Positions 1-12,721 are shown, counted from the first letter of the whole stretch. The stretch is 59,929 nucleotides of DNA, filler included, from Sphacelaria rigidula (GCA_964200075.2; 4 parts of 4 records of this genome joined end to end with filler, not necessarily neighbours in it); one strand, 5' to 3'. The notes: a model not told the origin generated them from the letters alone. Program-made: numbers and translations.

Positions 1-1285
1 CCCGCGCCCCCCCCCATGCGCCGCCGCGCCCTCTGGTGCCCTCCCCCCCCCCCCCCCCCCGCTCCCGTTGGGTTTCGTCGCTGGAAAAATCGTTTGTCGC
101 CGGCACGTGTCGGCGTCGCCTCGGTAGCTACCCCACTGCCGCATTTCAACAGTGATGGAGGTTTCCGCTGGAATTCCTCGCTCAGCTCTCACGCAGCAAT
201 CTTTTAATTTTCGCTGCTGAGCTCGTTTGTTCGGGGGTCAATATAGTGTGCGCCATGACGATATCTGTTTCCCCCCTCCCCGTCATACCTCCCACACCGT
301 CTCTTTCTCGGGACGAGTCGGTAGGCGCACGGGGTTCAACCCGTCTGTCCCTCGATCCCTGCTTGACGTTTTGGTATCGCGGGTTGGATCATGGCCACCA
401 CTACCGCACCGCACCGCACCGAATATCGTCGCTTTTCCCTAGCTACTCGCGCCCTGGCGCAATCAAGGACGGAATCCATATCTTGCTCAAACGACCGCGC
501 CTGTAGAGCTTTGAACCTCCCACCTTTGGCGCTGACTCGTTATAGGTGTACCTCTCAGACCGCAAGGCACGGCGGCGACTTGGGTAGTGCTTTTCCACGT
601 GCATTGTGCTGAGCCCCCTTGTTGCGTTTTGTTTTGCGTGTTTTTTCGTCGTATAGCGACGGCGTGAAGTCAACAGGCTTCTTCATTCTAGCGAGAGGTC
701 TGATTATCAAGTGTACCAGTGTACAGTCAAGTGACACGGGTTCAATTGGGTGCTTTCCTTTTCTTCTTATTTCTGACTCCTTTTACTCAGGACAAAGACA
801 AGCCCGTGCTGTAGTAGCTCAAGAATTCCCAAGACAGCAACCCATCTCTCCCACGGCACACGCCCGTCATTTTGGTGTCGCGGATTCGATCAGCACTCCC
901 GCAGGCGCACGGCTTTGATGGTCGTCAACTTAGCCGAACGGGCTCTTCTCGCTTCTCGCGTCCTCACGCTTTCCACGACAGATACCATACTTCCTCTGTC
1001 TCATGAGTGTGGGAACCTATGTTGGGAGAGACTGTTAACGGTCTCGGAAGTCTTCGGCGATAACGTTTACGAAATCTTGAGCGTTTTTTGGGTTGAAACA
1101 CGTTTTTTTATTCTAGCGCACTACGCTGCATGGGCTAGCGGCTAACAAAAAAGTAGTCAGGCCGAAAATGGCCGTTTTTTGACCACTTTTCACTGGGGGC
1201 ACTATAAATAAACAACACTAAAACCCCCCGAAATTATGCCCAACCCCAAACCTAACCCCCCTCTACTCAACGATCCATGTCGCAT

Positions 1286-1545
1286 CCCCCACACTAAAGC
1301 CAGTATAATATTGACCCCTACACTAAAAACAAGACAATTGGGGGTTCCACACCAAAACCAAGACACTTGCGGGGCAAACCAAACACCAGTAGGGCCCTAT
1401 CCCAACTCCCACGTATGCATGTCGCTTCCCCCTATACTAAAACCAGTATAATATTGATCCCCCACTAAAATCAAGATAATTGGGGGTCCCACACTTGAAC
1501 AAATACACTTGGGGGACCACACTAAAACCAAGACACTTGCGGGGT
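1286..1545 (+). repeat. imperfect ~140-bp tandem duplication built from CCCACACTAAAA-type subunits
   Basis: ccagtataatattga...aagacacttgcgggg occurs at ~1286-1375 and again at ~1427-1545. Confidence 0.7.
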
Positions 1546-2442
1546 AAAAAAAGGGTCGGTTAGTGTTCTCAAATATATTCTCGAAAAAGCGCCAAAATGG
1601 GCATATTTGACTTCATTTTAGTGTGGACAACTAACTTTTTTAATTTATTTTTCTGCATCAGCTTCGTTGGCGCTTCATCTTTCCAACGAACCCAACTATA
1701 GGATGATCGGAATAGTCTGCATACGCGAACAATTAAAAGTCCGTAAGTTCCCAGACTTTTGAGACAGAGGAAGTATATCCGATATCAGATGTGTCAGAAA
1801 TTGGAGATTTCTGAGAAGAAAGTCAAACTAGACGCAAAATGGCAGAAATCGAACCAGCGTTTTCCCTGCCCTGATAGTAACACTTGTCCCATGAGACCAC
1901 CGAGGCGCGGTGGTCTCAAGGCATCAACCTATCTCTCCCGCGATACGTACCTTATATTCTGGTATCGACGATTGGATCAGCGCTCCCGCACCGCGTCAAC
2001 GTGAAGCAAAAGCTGTTTGCTCTTGTACTCAAGTTCTTACGTTTTCAACCATGGAAGGCAGATACTTTGATATGCCCAAATGCGTCTGCTGGCAATCGAA
2101 GCCACAGTCCCCTGCCCTACCTCATTTCAGTCGTACAGTGCAGTGTAACTTACACAGATCACTGGCCCGGTGGCTGTGCTTTGAACGCCGACAAGTTCTC
2201 GAAAGTTTTAGTCAAACTAAATTCTCGCTGTGTGCTTGAATTTCATCTGGAAACTCCTCGCTCCTACACTACTCGGTTGCAGTTGGTATTGTTCGACCAA
2301 GAATACAACAATTATTACTCAGACCCGCGGTCGAGAGAGTACCGTTGTGATCGCCTTAGATAAGGCTTTTGGGGCACAGCACGGTGCCATTTACATCGTG
2401 TCAGGGGCGGGGGCAGGGGGAGGCAAGGGGAAGGGGGTGTAC

Positions 2443-3010
2443 TCATGATCTTGCATGCCGTAGTCACAAGACCATTGACCTCACATCCCTACGAAGCCGG
2501 GACGGAGCACGCCCGGTTTTCGCCGGACTAGGGTCGCAATCAATCACGAAGCGCGAGGCGCCGTGGTGTGTTCGGCGAGTCGCATGAAGGGTGAGCTGCA
2601 CCCTGCTAACATTGGTCGGCTCGAAGCCTACTGGTCATCTTGCATTTGGATGACAACGTACAATGAGTTGCTTTATCATCTGGCGTTTCCACTTCCGGAG
2701 GCAGCCACGGCTCGCACACCGCCTCATGGGTGTCTCACGATTGGCGCACTACGTAGTACAATCATCCCCTGTGCGCGGAGTTGAGGTTCTCCCACCCCGC
2801 AAAATATGATGTAGCTCGACCGCCATGACGTCATCACTATCATGGTTACCACAAAAAAACAAGGCAAGCGCGCAAAAAAAACGGTCACCTGGTTGCCTAG
2901 CTTACGCGATGAGTGGCGTGTTCGATAGCGTCATCCCCAACCGACGCCAACCCCAACGGGGGTCCGCCCCTACAAAGCCGGTGCGGAGCATGCTGGGTTT
3001 TTGCCGGACT
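2443..3010 (+). mobile_element. dispersed repeat family B (~570 bp, internal ~45-bp direct repeat), non-autonomous
   Basis: core CCCTAC(A/G)AAGCCGGGACGGAGCACGCC(G/C)GGTTTTCGCCGGACT at 2487-2529 and ~2967-3010; homologous copies at 21655-22045(+), 30019-30305(+), 59712-59835(+), 15010-15072(-), 48540-48735(-), 58560-58620(-). Confidence 0.8.
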
Positions 3011-3609
3011 AAACGCACAAATGAAGTAAACGGAAAACCGCAAAACGGAAACAATTCAACGCAGAAAAAAGAAAGAGGAGGAACACAACAGAGAAGAACT
3101 AGCAAACTCATATCAAGTATGCAAAAAATATCGAGATTGCATTAGGAATGGCCGGCCCCACCAGCGTGGCTTTAGGTAAGAAGGCCGTGCGCGAAAAAAA
3201 AGAGAAACATACATGCACCCGTACACAAGGAAGCACAAAGAGGCCGTTTGAGCAAATCGCGACTCAGTTTTGTCGGTCCAAGCTGTTCGGGCATGAGCTC
3301 TCGCCCATGAGCCTCATGGAAGGAAGGTGCCAAACTGCCACTGTAAAACAGTGGAAGGTAAGAAACGGCGAGAGGGGGAGAGACAGATGGAGAGATAGAG
3401 AAGCAGTGTACTGCCCTATCAATTTTGTAGCGGTCGGCGTTCCATTCTATATTGCACTGCAGTTTAGTATAGTGTAATGACGTCTGCCTCAAGATCCATG
3501 TTCTCTATCTCTGAGTCATCATGCTCCACTATTCCAAACGAAAAAGCTACCCTAGATGTTGAAGCCCGAGTTTCCTGCCGGCGAGCTGTGGGGGTAAAGT
3601 GAAGAGTTG

Positions 3610-4030
3610 CACACGTCGGACAGATCAAGTCCCTATAGCTCGAGCTAGCTCTTTTTTGCGTAGCTCCCTACTGTGCTATGAGAGCTCATGAGCTACGCGT
3701 GTTCGCCCTGGGTGAGCTGTGAGAGCTACGAAAGCTACGCATGTTTGCCCTAGGTGAGCTACCCACCCGTAGCTCATCAGCGCTCATTCGTCCTGGACTA
3801 TGGGAGCTGCATGAGCTACACATGTTTGCCCTGGATGAGCTATGGGAACTGCATGAGCTACGCATCTTTGCCCTGGATGAGCTGTGAGAGCTACATGAGG
3901 TACACTGTTTGCCCGGGGTGAGTTGTGAGAGCTACATGAGCTACGCATGTGTGCCCTGGATGAGCTTCAAGAGCTACATGAGCTACACATATTTGCCCTG
4001 GATGAGCTATGAGAGCTGCATCAGCTACCG
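3610..4030 (+). repeat. 42-bp minisatellite array, copy 1
   Basis: unit ~GAGCTACATGAGCTACGCATGTTTGCCCTGGATGAGCTATGA; GCCC anchors at 3828, 3870, 3911, 3953, 3995; shares its leader with copy 2. Confidence 0.9.
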
Positions 4031-4689
4031 GACGTTGGCACCAGTCACAAAGTAGCAATATTTGACATCGCAGCAGGCTACCTCCCTGCCGCCGCCAAGG
4101 TATCGCCATTCGCATTTTGGGTTGGGTAATTCTGGAATGCTCGGTGCGCACAAGCCGTTACATTTGGTGCAACTCTACACTACTACCAGTCTCGTGTATG
4201 TTGACCTTTTTGTAGAAGGCGGTGTGAACGACGGCTAGTCTACTCGTGCCGCGCAGCACCAATGCTGCACTGTCCCTCCCTTGGAGTTCATGAGCCGTTC
4301 TACTATTGTCGTCGGTGACATGGTGATACAAAATCGTTGCCATGCGGCTTGTCTCTCTTTTGTTTGGAAATACCGGTGTGCTCTATGTATCGCTGTACCG
4401 TACCGCAATGTAGCGTACCGTGATGTTCTGCATTGCACTGTCCTGCACTGTTATGTACTGTACTCTACATTGTACTGAACTGTACCTTCAGAAACGGTAG
4501 TTCAGTCATTTTTTCAGGAAATTAGTGGCTAGGGTCTAGGGTGTCTTAAGGTGAGAGTTAGGTTTAGGAGCGGAAATAAAATAAGATTAAAGTCCGATCC
4601 GATGCGTCCACGTCATTTACGTTCTCATGTGGCTTCAACTCTTGTTAGCAATTCTCCCCGCGCGGCCGGAAGGCAAAATGGAAAGGCTC

Positions 4690-5100
4690 CACACGTCGGA
4701 TAGAACAGCCCCCTGTAGCTCAAGCTAGCTTTTTTTTTAGCGTAGCACCCTACTGAGCTTTGAGGGGTACATGAGCTGCGTATGCTGTCCCTGAGTGAGC
4801 TATGGCAGCTACAGGAGCTACGCATGTTTGCCCTGGGTGAGCTGTGGCAGCTACATGAGCAACGCACATTTGCCATGGATGAGCTATGAGAACTACAGGA
4901 GCTACGCATGTTTGCCCAGGGTGAGCTATGAGAGTTACAGGAGCTACGCATGATTGCCCTGAGTAAGCTATGAGAGCTACATGAGCTATGCATGTTTGTC
5001 CTGGGTGAGTTACCAACCCATAGCTCATCAGCGCATATTCGCCCTGGGCGAGCTATCGGTCGTAGCTCACTTGTACATGTTTGACTACAAGTGAGCTACA
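4690..5100 (+). repeat. 42-bp minisatellite array, copy 2
   Basis: anchors at 4830, 4872, 4914, 4956, 4998 (period 42); same CACACGTCGGA...GCTAGCTTTTTT leader as 3610. Confidence 0.9.
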
Positions 5101-5194
5101 GCCCGCAGATGAGCGAGCTGACGCTCCAATGTGTGAAGAGGTACAGTAGTGGGCGGTCTAACTATTTAAGGGTGTTTTGGGGTTTTCCTCTCGT

Positions 5195-5660
5195 ACTACT
5201 CTTCGATAGAAGGCGAGATTGCTAGCGTCGGTAAATTTTGGTACAACAAAACAGATCATCCTCGAAACACAGTGCCCAAGTCAGTGTTGGTTGAGGTTAT
5301 ATCGGGCGGAACGAGTAAATACCCTGTCCATCAGGAGCGTGTTATTGACAGTGAAACACAGTTTTGAAGCCCTAGTGCAATGAGTAGGCAGAAGTTCGGG
5401 GAAATAAAGCTGTATATTTATTTTACAAATGTGATCGGGACGGGCTCGATCGACCGAAAATACAGAAGAGTAAGAATCTGGGCTGAAACGTGGCAGGACC
5501 CCCGATGACCGGTCAGTCCGTAAGTCACTCAATATTACGTACAGATCATTTTTCTTCTTGGAACATGGAGCAGATACAGATATCTTCAGATCCCCGATGT
5601 GATGAGCAGTGGCAAGCGAAAAGAGCAAGAGAAAATCACCAATTACAAAAACATCATAAA
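5195..5660 (+). repeat. dispersed repeat family A, copy 1
   Basis: collinear similarity to 54305-54760 (e.g. GGCAGGACCCCCGATGACCGGTCAG, CTCGATCGACC, CATCAGGAG). Confidence 0.8.
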
Positions 5661-6858
5661 ATGCCATAAAATGAATAGTTAGACCGCCCACTACTATAGT
5701 TGCCAACGCCGCGTATTGGTTATGTGCATGTTTTTTCGAACTCGCACTCGCGACGGTCGGCACCGTCAACCGTCAATTTCCTGTGGGGGGAAATGAGTGG
5801 AACACGACCAAACTTGTACTTTTCGCGCAAAAATATAAGCAAAGCGGGTTTTGCTCTAAGCTGTAGCGAAGGTGTGCGGGATATATCCACGTACTCTCCC
5901 AAAGCGCCGGGCAGTAAAATGCACAACGCGAACGTATGCCTCGTTGGAACCGTGATGATCGTGAGCCTCCCACGAATGCAAATGTTGAAACTGCCCCGGT
6001 GTGACTTTGAAAGTTGAGAAACCTCGTGACGTCATTCACGGTTGGGGGGGAAGGCGGGGTGAGGCTGGTTGTTCCTTCGGGGGGGGCGCGCGGGTCCACA
6101 TGTGTGCATCACGTGCGGGTCCATATACGTGTATCGTACGCTGGCGAATTTTATTGTCGAACGGATCTGTGTAACTGGTTGCCTTCACACATCTATCTCG
6201 TGCCAGAGAAAAACTGCGCAACCATTGTCCTTTAATCTATACCGAACCGATAAACCTATGATGATGGAAATGTCTCACCTGGACTGACACTACAAACGAC
6301 GAGCCGATATGCTCATGGGCATCCGCCTGGACGCGGTCAGCGGAGTCCAGTTTATCACCATGAAGTGCATCATGTCGAGCTACTGAGGCAGATTGTGTAG
6401 GAGAAAAACTCGAGACTGCCGTGGGTCCGGCAACCAAAAGCTCTGTATGCCTAGGTGGAGAGTGTGAGGGCGGACGCGGGCAAATCCACGTACGCCACTG
6501 ACTTGTCTGTATCGGTTGATGTATGATTTTATGTGTGCAAATACACATGTATATACTTTGAATGATATGAAACAGTCGCTTCTTCTGTTTATCGTGATGC
6601 GTGCATGTGTGTGACATAGCTATTCTCCAGGCCGTCAACAAGTTCAGTTCAACCAAAAGCTCACCATCGTCGCGGGTACTCTGGCCGTACCCCCGAATAC
6701 AACGTATTGATACATCCATCCCTATCATGAGATCACGGCTGGATCCCTGGGGGGTCAGTTAAAGTGCGACAAAAAATCAAATCAATCTATCCCCTTCCCC
6801 ACGTAGCTACAGCTGCATAAAGCTTTTGCATCACCTTGTTCATGTACATCAGCCCGCA

Positions 6859-9800
6859 GCAGTAGCGGCAAGGAGGAAACTGACGTCACTTCAGAACGCT
6901 GCTTGTGGCCTTATCAGCGATGACGCGAACGCTTCGTGCTTGCGATGTCTGCAGTCAGCATCACAAGGAGAAACGGATGTGCAGGTCATCACATGCAGAA
7001 CAGCCACCCTCCGTGGATGAGGCATGATGTAAAGTCGCTTTTTTTCTCCGCGATCATTTCGAACGCTGCTTCAAGGAGTGGCTCTCGTTTACCGCCTGAT
7101 ACTGCGCAAAATCGCTCGCTTTCTTAGTGCTCTCATATGGCTATCTTATTTGCCCCATTTGTCGTGCACGACTGGCGCCTTTCGACATTTGCCCCGATTA
7201 GGTTTGCACATGATTTCCTTTCAGCCTCTGCCTTTTTGTGGAGCCGCTACAATTCCGTTGTCCACACGTCTGTTTATCGCGTACACTCCCATGACGTTTG
7301 ACGCTTCCACGCTCCGACGGCTTCCATATTGTCGTGTTCACATTGGCATGCCGCTTGTCAGGTTGCGGAAGGTTTTCTGGCGGATGGAGTGGACGGGTGC
7401 GATGCGCTGATTGTCACATTGCTGTCTGTGGCGCCCGATATTCCGAACGCCAACGACCTTATCCTCCGAGCAGCCGTTGCCACCACCTACTTGGCCGAAG
7501 ACCCAAAGCTACGGTACGGCGTTGAAGTGCGATCCATTCTTAGCAGCCAAGATTGGGGCTGATATTATGTACATGTGGTACCATTATTTTTGTACCGCTT
7601 TGAGAAATATTCTCCCCCTTCGCGCTGACGAGAGCTCGACGCGATTTCGCACTACAGGGCGATATTCGCAAGCCCCGGGATATGTTCTATAGAGAAGGTT
7701 CACAGTTCTGCTTGTTGTTCCGGCATGGCGGCAATCATGTGAACGCGTTCCCGCTTCCGAAAATCGCCGCAAAAATAACGCAGCGCAGCCCGCTTTGTGT
7801 CATTCGGCCTCGCGCTCGCGCTTGTTGTTGGGTTTGCCTGCCATCTGGCACTGGTGGGACGGGCCCACGAGCCTTGGTGGTGGTGACGTTAAAGCTACAC
7901 ATACTCACCCACGGCGCTTCCCTCGCTACCAAGCCAGCGGACGGGTTTAACTTATCCTTACTGTGCACGCTTAAACTCAAACATATCCACATCATAACGT
8001 CCGTTCACTCGTCGATTTGGTTCTGCTAGATGTTTACTAGAGTTTGATTCATTCATATGGAGCTGAACCAAGTTACATTTTTTTTATTTCTTTTATCACT
8101 AAATGAATCGACCTGAACGTTTCGTATATCTCAACCTCTCTCGACACAGCTGCACGAGAGAACGACTGATCTCTGAAATATCGTTTGGCTGTCTTGACTT
8201 TCAGCTGTCACGGCCGAAACAAGCCAGTGTTGTTGTTCTCAAGATCGTGGTTGAGTGGTACCCTATGCCTGGAGAACTCGGACGCTTGAGTTCTCCCACG
8301 CTTCTTCGCTGATTCATTGATTGTCCCACATGAACTGATTCGCTCACATTCGGGCCGTGTGCACAAGACTGACGAATCAAGATAAAATAGACATGGGCAG
8401 CAGAGCAAAGTGGTCGCCGAAGAAATCGTGGCAGCTAGGTTGTGGTCTGTACGCCACGTTTATCAAACTAACATGTCGGCAGCCTCAGATCTGGGCGGAT
8501 CCGTCGGGTTCGGATGTCGATTCGTATTTATGTACATCTACACACGTTCACAGAATCGAGTAGCCATAGTCGGAAACTTGAGAATATTAGAGACAAATTC
8601 CATGTCGATGAAAACGGGCAATCTGCAGGAATGCCGATCTCATACTCAGTGACATATTGTCATTTGTCGAGCAGGTACTGGTGGAGAGATTGATCACGTG
8701 AGCCTACGGCCTCGCCCCGAAGAAGGGGAGATAGAGAGTATAGCGAATACCAGAAAAAAAAAAAACATAGTGAAACTTGTTCAAAACCAGGAACGACTCC
8801 GCGTGTTGATGTCAAGTCAAGTCGTGTATTCGTGCCGTTTGTCACGACAGCCGAAACGAATGAGGATGTTTACATTCTCCTCCCCCGTGCCCCCCTCCCA
8901 ATGAGGAAAAGTGATGAAAGATGATGTCTGCAAGTGACCCGGCGATTCTTCCCTCCCCGTCCGTTAAACAAATCAAACTACTGTTTTTTAACTCTCTTAA
9001 AATACAACCAGGCCGCTTCTGCTACTAGGCGGTGTTGCCGATGCTTTAAGCGACGCAATCTCGGTAGTAGAAGAAGCTCAAGGCATCGAAGCGGCGAGGG
9101 CTTCAGAGGCGTGCAAAACCGCGTTGGATTCACTTAAGCAAGAGCTCATCGACACCGCTGCGTTGGCCGATGTCGACCGGACTGACACCGCATCTGACGG
9201 GACTACTTTCACCGAGCTAGACTAGCCTGATTTGCTGTGGAAGATCATAGCAAGCACCAATGATGTTTTTGGAAGTGAAGAAACATCGACTCTATCTCCT
9301 CTTTCCCCCCTAAGTCAGAACGCTGTATGTTTTGTTTGTACTATACTTCAAATTTGATGTATATTGGCGTTGGAAAATCCAAGCTCAACAACTTCGTGAG
9401 TGATGTACCTCTATGCGCGAATGATGTATTCTTGACTTATTGCCTTTTGCTGTCATGTGGCTCCTCTTTGTCAGGCATATTTTACAACTTGGGAGATTGC
9501 ATTGCGGTTTGACTGGGGTACGGGGGTAACGCGAGCACGCAAATCGATCCGAAACGAACAATTCACGGTGCGTGCGACTTGCACTGGTGTGTCTCTATAG
9601 TATATTTCGGCCAAGGAGGATGTGCAACGTTATTGAGAAAGCCGAGATCATAGGGTTGGGTACTGGCGCTGCGCGCCAGTACTAGGTATACTGGCTGCGG
9701 TCAGCAGCCAGTATACTGGGTCCAAACAGTACACTGGTGCCGAGGCGAAGCCGCGACTACCGGCACCCCCCGGCTGGTGACGGGGCCCCGCCGGAAGCGT

Positions 9801-12721
9801 GTTTTTAAGCGATTTGGCTTCACTAGAAGATATTTTTGGGGTAATTTTGGGCCACTCTGATGCTGCCCGACTCGGGTATAAGTAGTAAGTACATGGAAAC
9901 ACTTTGATTGTAGGCGACGGTCAATTATCAATTATGTTGGCCACATTTGTGTTGAAACCGGTGGATGATCTAATCGTATGACGTCTACCACACATCCACC
10001 ATCATGTTGCTCCCGAGACACCTTTGGGCAAGTTGAACGCCATGAAAGTGGTCATATTTCACCCACACATGCTCATTTAAAGCCATGAAAAAAGTAAATC
10101 GAACAGGATGTACGGATTTCGATTGAAATACCAGCCTCGAATACGGGTGCATCTACGAAGGAACCAAGTACGGAGCCGGCTTCGACTTGCGGAGCTCGTG
10201 GTTCACCCGTTGCAGCTTCTCCTGTCGCAGTTGATCCTGCTGCGACTGCTGACGAACAGCAGCAGCAGTAGCAGGTGGCGCGACCGCCACAACTTCTGCT
10301 TCACCGGGATCGCTCGAGGCCGCGGCGGCTTCGGGGTTTGGAGACCCGCCATTAGGGTCTGCAGAGGGCGTGCTGCTGGTACTCATGGATTGTTCCATCG
10401 TTTGTACGGTCTCCCAACACCCGCTGCTGTATAGGTACACTCGTTCCACAGCCTCTCTCTTCTGAAGCGGGCCAATTTGGTGGGTTTCCATGGTGGTTCA
10501 GGAGGCATACATATTGTAGGACGTACGTAAGAGGGCCATGTACTGGTGTACTGGCGGCCTCTCAGCCAGTACAAGTAGTACTGCCAGGACCCAACCCTAC
10601 GAGATCATGAGTTCATGTCGTTCGTGCTCCTCGTTGCTTTACTTCCTCCCCCTGTGTCTGCGCTCTGCGATTGTTTGCGAACGCACCGAAAATATGAAGA
10701 CTAAATTATCTCCATATTTTTCGAGCGAGAATGCGGCGCAAAAAATATCACCACACCAAACAGAACACGTCTACAATGGTTGCTGTGTGCCACTTGAGAG
10801 AGTGCTCGATATTTTAACGCATGCCTCGGCACCTACACACACTCACGCGAGAGTCCCAACATACCTTGAAATATATTTACAGTTTACCGCAATTCAAGCT
10901 GTTTTTTGTCAGGGGCGTCGGTGGTTTCCGGGCAAGCAGCGGCGTAACCAATGAATCGAACGAGAATCATGATGTGGGCTTTCGGGCGCTGTATGAGGCG
11001 CAGTGTTTCTTGCAATCACCGTGTAAACATCTCATTGGCACGGTTTGTCTAATAACATCCGTCGAATTTTCCCGCTGTCCGCCCGACAGAGGATCCAGAT
11101 AAATGAGGTTGAACATCAAAATGGGCTTCAACTCCCAAACAGTGCTTTCTTTCACGGACCTAAAGGCGTGACAAATAACTTACGGACGAACGCATAACCC
11201 GACTTCCCTAAAATTGCTTTCGGAGGTTACCCATCTGCCGTTTTCCCGAAGGATGTGTGCGGAAGCACCAAAGGCGTCCCTTTTCTCACCACGAAATGAG
11301 AAAAAACGGTGCTTTCGCACAACCCTTGGGGGAACGGACGGCCGGAAACCCCCAACATATTTTCGAGGAGGTCGGCGGGACGAGGTCGTGAATATAATAG
11401 ACAATTTTCATAACTTCAGGTCAGGGATTGGAGTGTTTTGGAGTCGATTATCATTCAAATGCTCAAGCTCATTTCTCCGGATCTCTCCCTTGCACATTCA
11501 TTTGCTCGAGGGGTTAGGGACAGCGTGAATGAACAATGACAGTCATGAATAATTTCCACTCTTTCGTTCTATACTTCGAAGATACGCCCTTGGTATTGTT
11601 TGTGCAGTGCACGGCACCTATCCCACACAACACGGGGTTTTACAAATAAAGTGAGGGTCGACTTTCGACTTTGTATTTCGCGGATGGACATTGGGAACCT
11701 TCACAAGCGTTGAAACATTTTCAAGAAAGAAAATGCAACTGTAATATTCGACGATCCGGTGGTGATAATATGTGGCCTCGCTCATCCGAAGAAAAACATC
11801 CGAACTGTGAAATGTGTAGAATCCGGTGTTGAACAGGGAATCCCAACAACCAAAAACAGAGTTTTGTAAGGAGGTAAACTGAAGACGATATTTTTAGCTT
11901 GAACACGGGATTTTCAAATTGCGAATGGATTCTTCGTAAGGTGAGTGAGGCCACATATCACGGCCAGAGAGTATGTGCATTTTTCTTTCGAAAATATTTC
12001 GATGCTTGTGAAGGTTCCCAAGGTTTACCGATAAAAAAAACGATACTCAAATGCTATGATCCCGTGCTCCTGTTGTGCCGCGCAGCCACCATGGGTTCCA
12101 CTCTTTCGTCATTCATCTGTCATGCCTATTCGACGAACCATTTGACCAGTAACATATCGATGCGAATACAATCCCCCGCCTATTATATCAGTGCGCCCCT
12201 CCTCTCCGTCTTCAAAAGTTTCACGGTACCCGCCTCTGCGCAACACCAAAACGACGACCTACCCCAGACTCCAGGTGAGGTAGATGGTTGAAAGAGTAAT
12301 ATCCTTGGAAACCATACACGGACCATGTGGCTTGAAGAACAAATAGGCCACGTGAACACGAGTCGTATACCTACTGTGCCCCATAGAGTTGGGTTGCATT
12401 CCCCCCCCGGGAAGATGTTGGGGTCGATCCGTGTAAGCACCCATTCGAACACTAGAACCAAGCCGCATTTGTCGGCGTTGCTGTTTTATGGACTCAAAAC
12501 AACTTATCGCGGTTGAGAGTTTGGGTCATGGTGCAGGTGTTCAAGGGCGTGTAGCACTGCAATGTCATGGCCGTTCTGTAATTTTGTATGTGATCGCATG
12601 AGGTGGTGAGTTACAGCGCAACACCCGGAAAAGGCCAAACAGAGGCGGCAGTTCCCGGAATAGAGATCGTATAACACCATGCTTCACGCTAAACCTCGAG
12701 TGACGTTCGATGCCGCGATGG
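6859..12721 (+). pseudogene. decayed multi-exon gene of unknown product, possibly transposon-borne; exon set incomplete
   Basis: AG/GT-bounded, protein-like segments: ~6859-6984, 7362-7513 (VAEGFLADGVDGCDALIVTLLSVAPDIPNANDLILRAAVATTYLAEDPKLR), 8391-8438 joined to 8629-8674 (HGQQSKVVAEEIVAARNADLILSDILSFVEQ), 9012-9313 (PLLLLGGVADALSDAISVVEEAQ... with in-frame TAG at 9223), 9475-9567 (AYFTTWEIALRFDWGTGVTRARKSIRNEQFT), and stop-riddled 11730-11940 and 12268-12721. Confidence 0.45.
9651..10599 (-). mobile_element. non-autonomous hAT-superfamily DNA transposon (949 bp)
   Basis: terminal inverted repeats (TIRs) TAGGGTTGGGT(A/C)CTGGC; perfect 8-bp TSD CGAGATCA at 9643-9650 and 10600-10607; subterminal CCAGTAC/GTACTGG repeats; internal minus-strand ORF remnant 10153-10491. 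Confidence 0.88.

Noticed and set aside
3610..5100. CRISPR-like leader plus array
   Set aside because: Units are contiguous 42-bp degenerate copies with no unique spacers, and there are no cas-like ORFs; this is a minisatellite.
5281..5769. 162-aa minus-strand ORF
   Set aside because: It lies in repeat family A, and the frame is not preserved in the second copy at 54305-54760.
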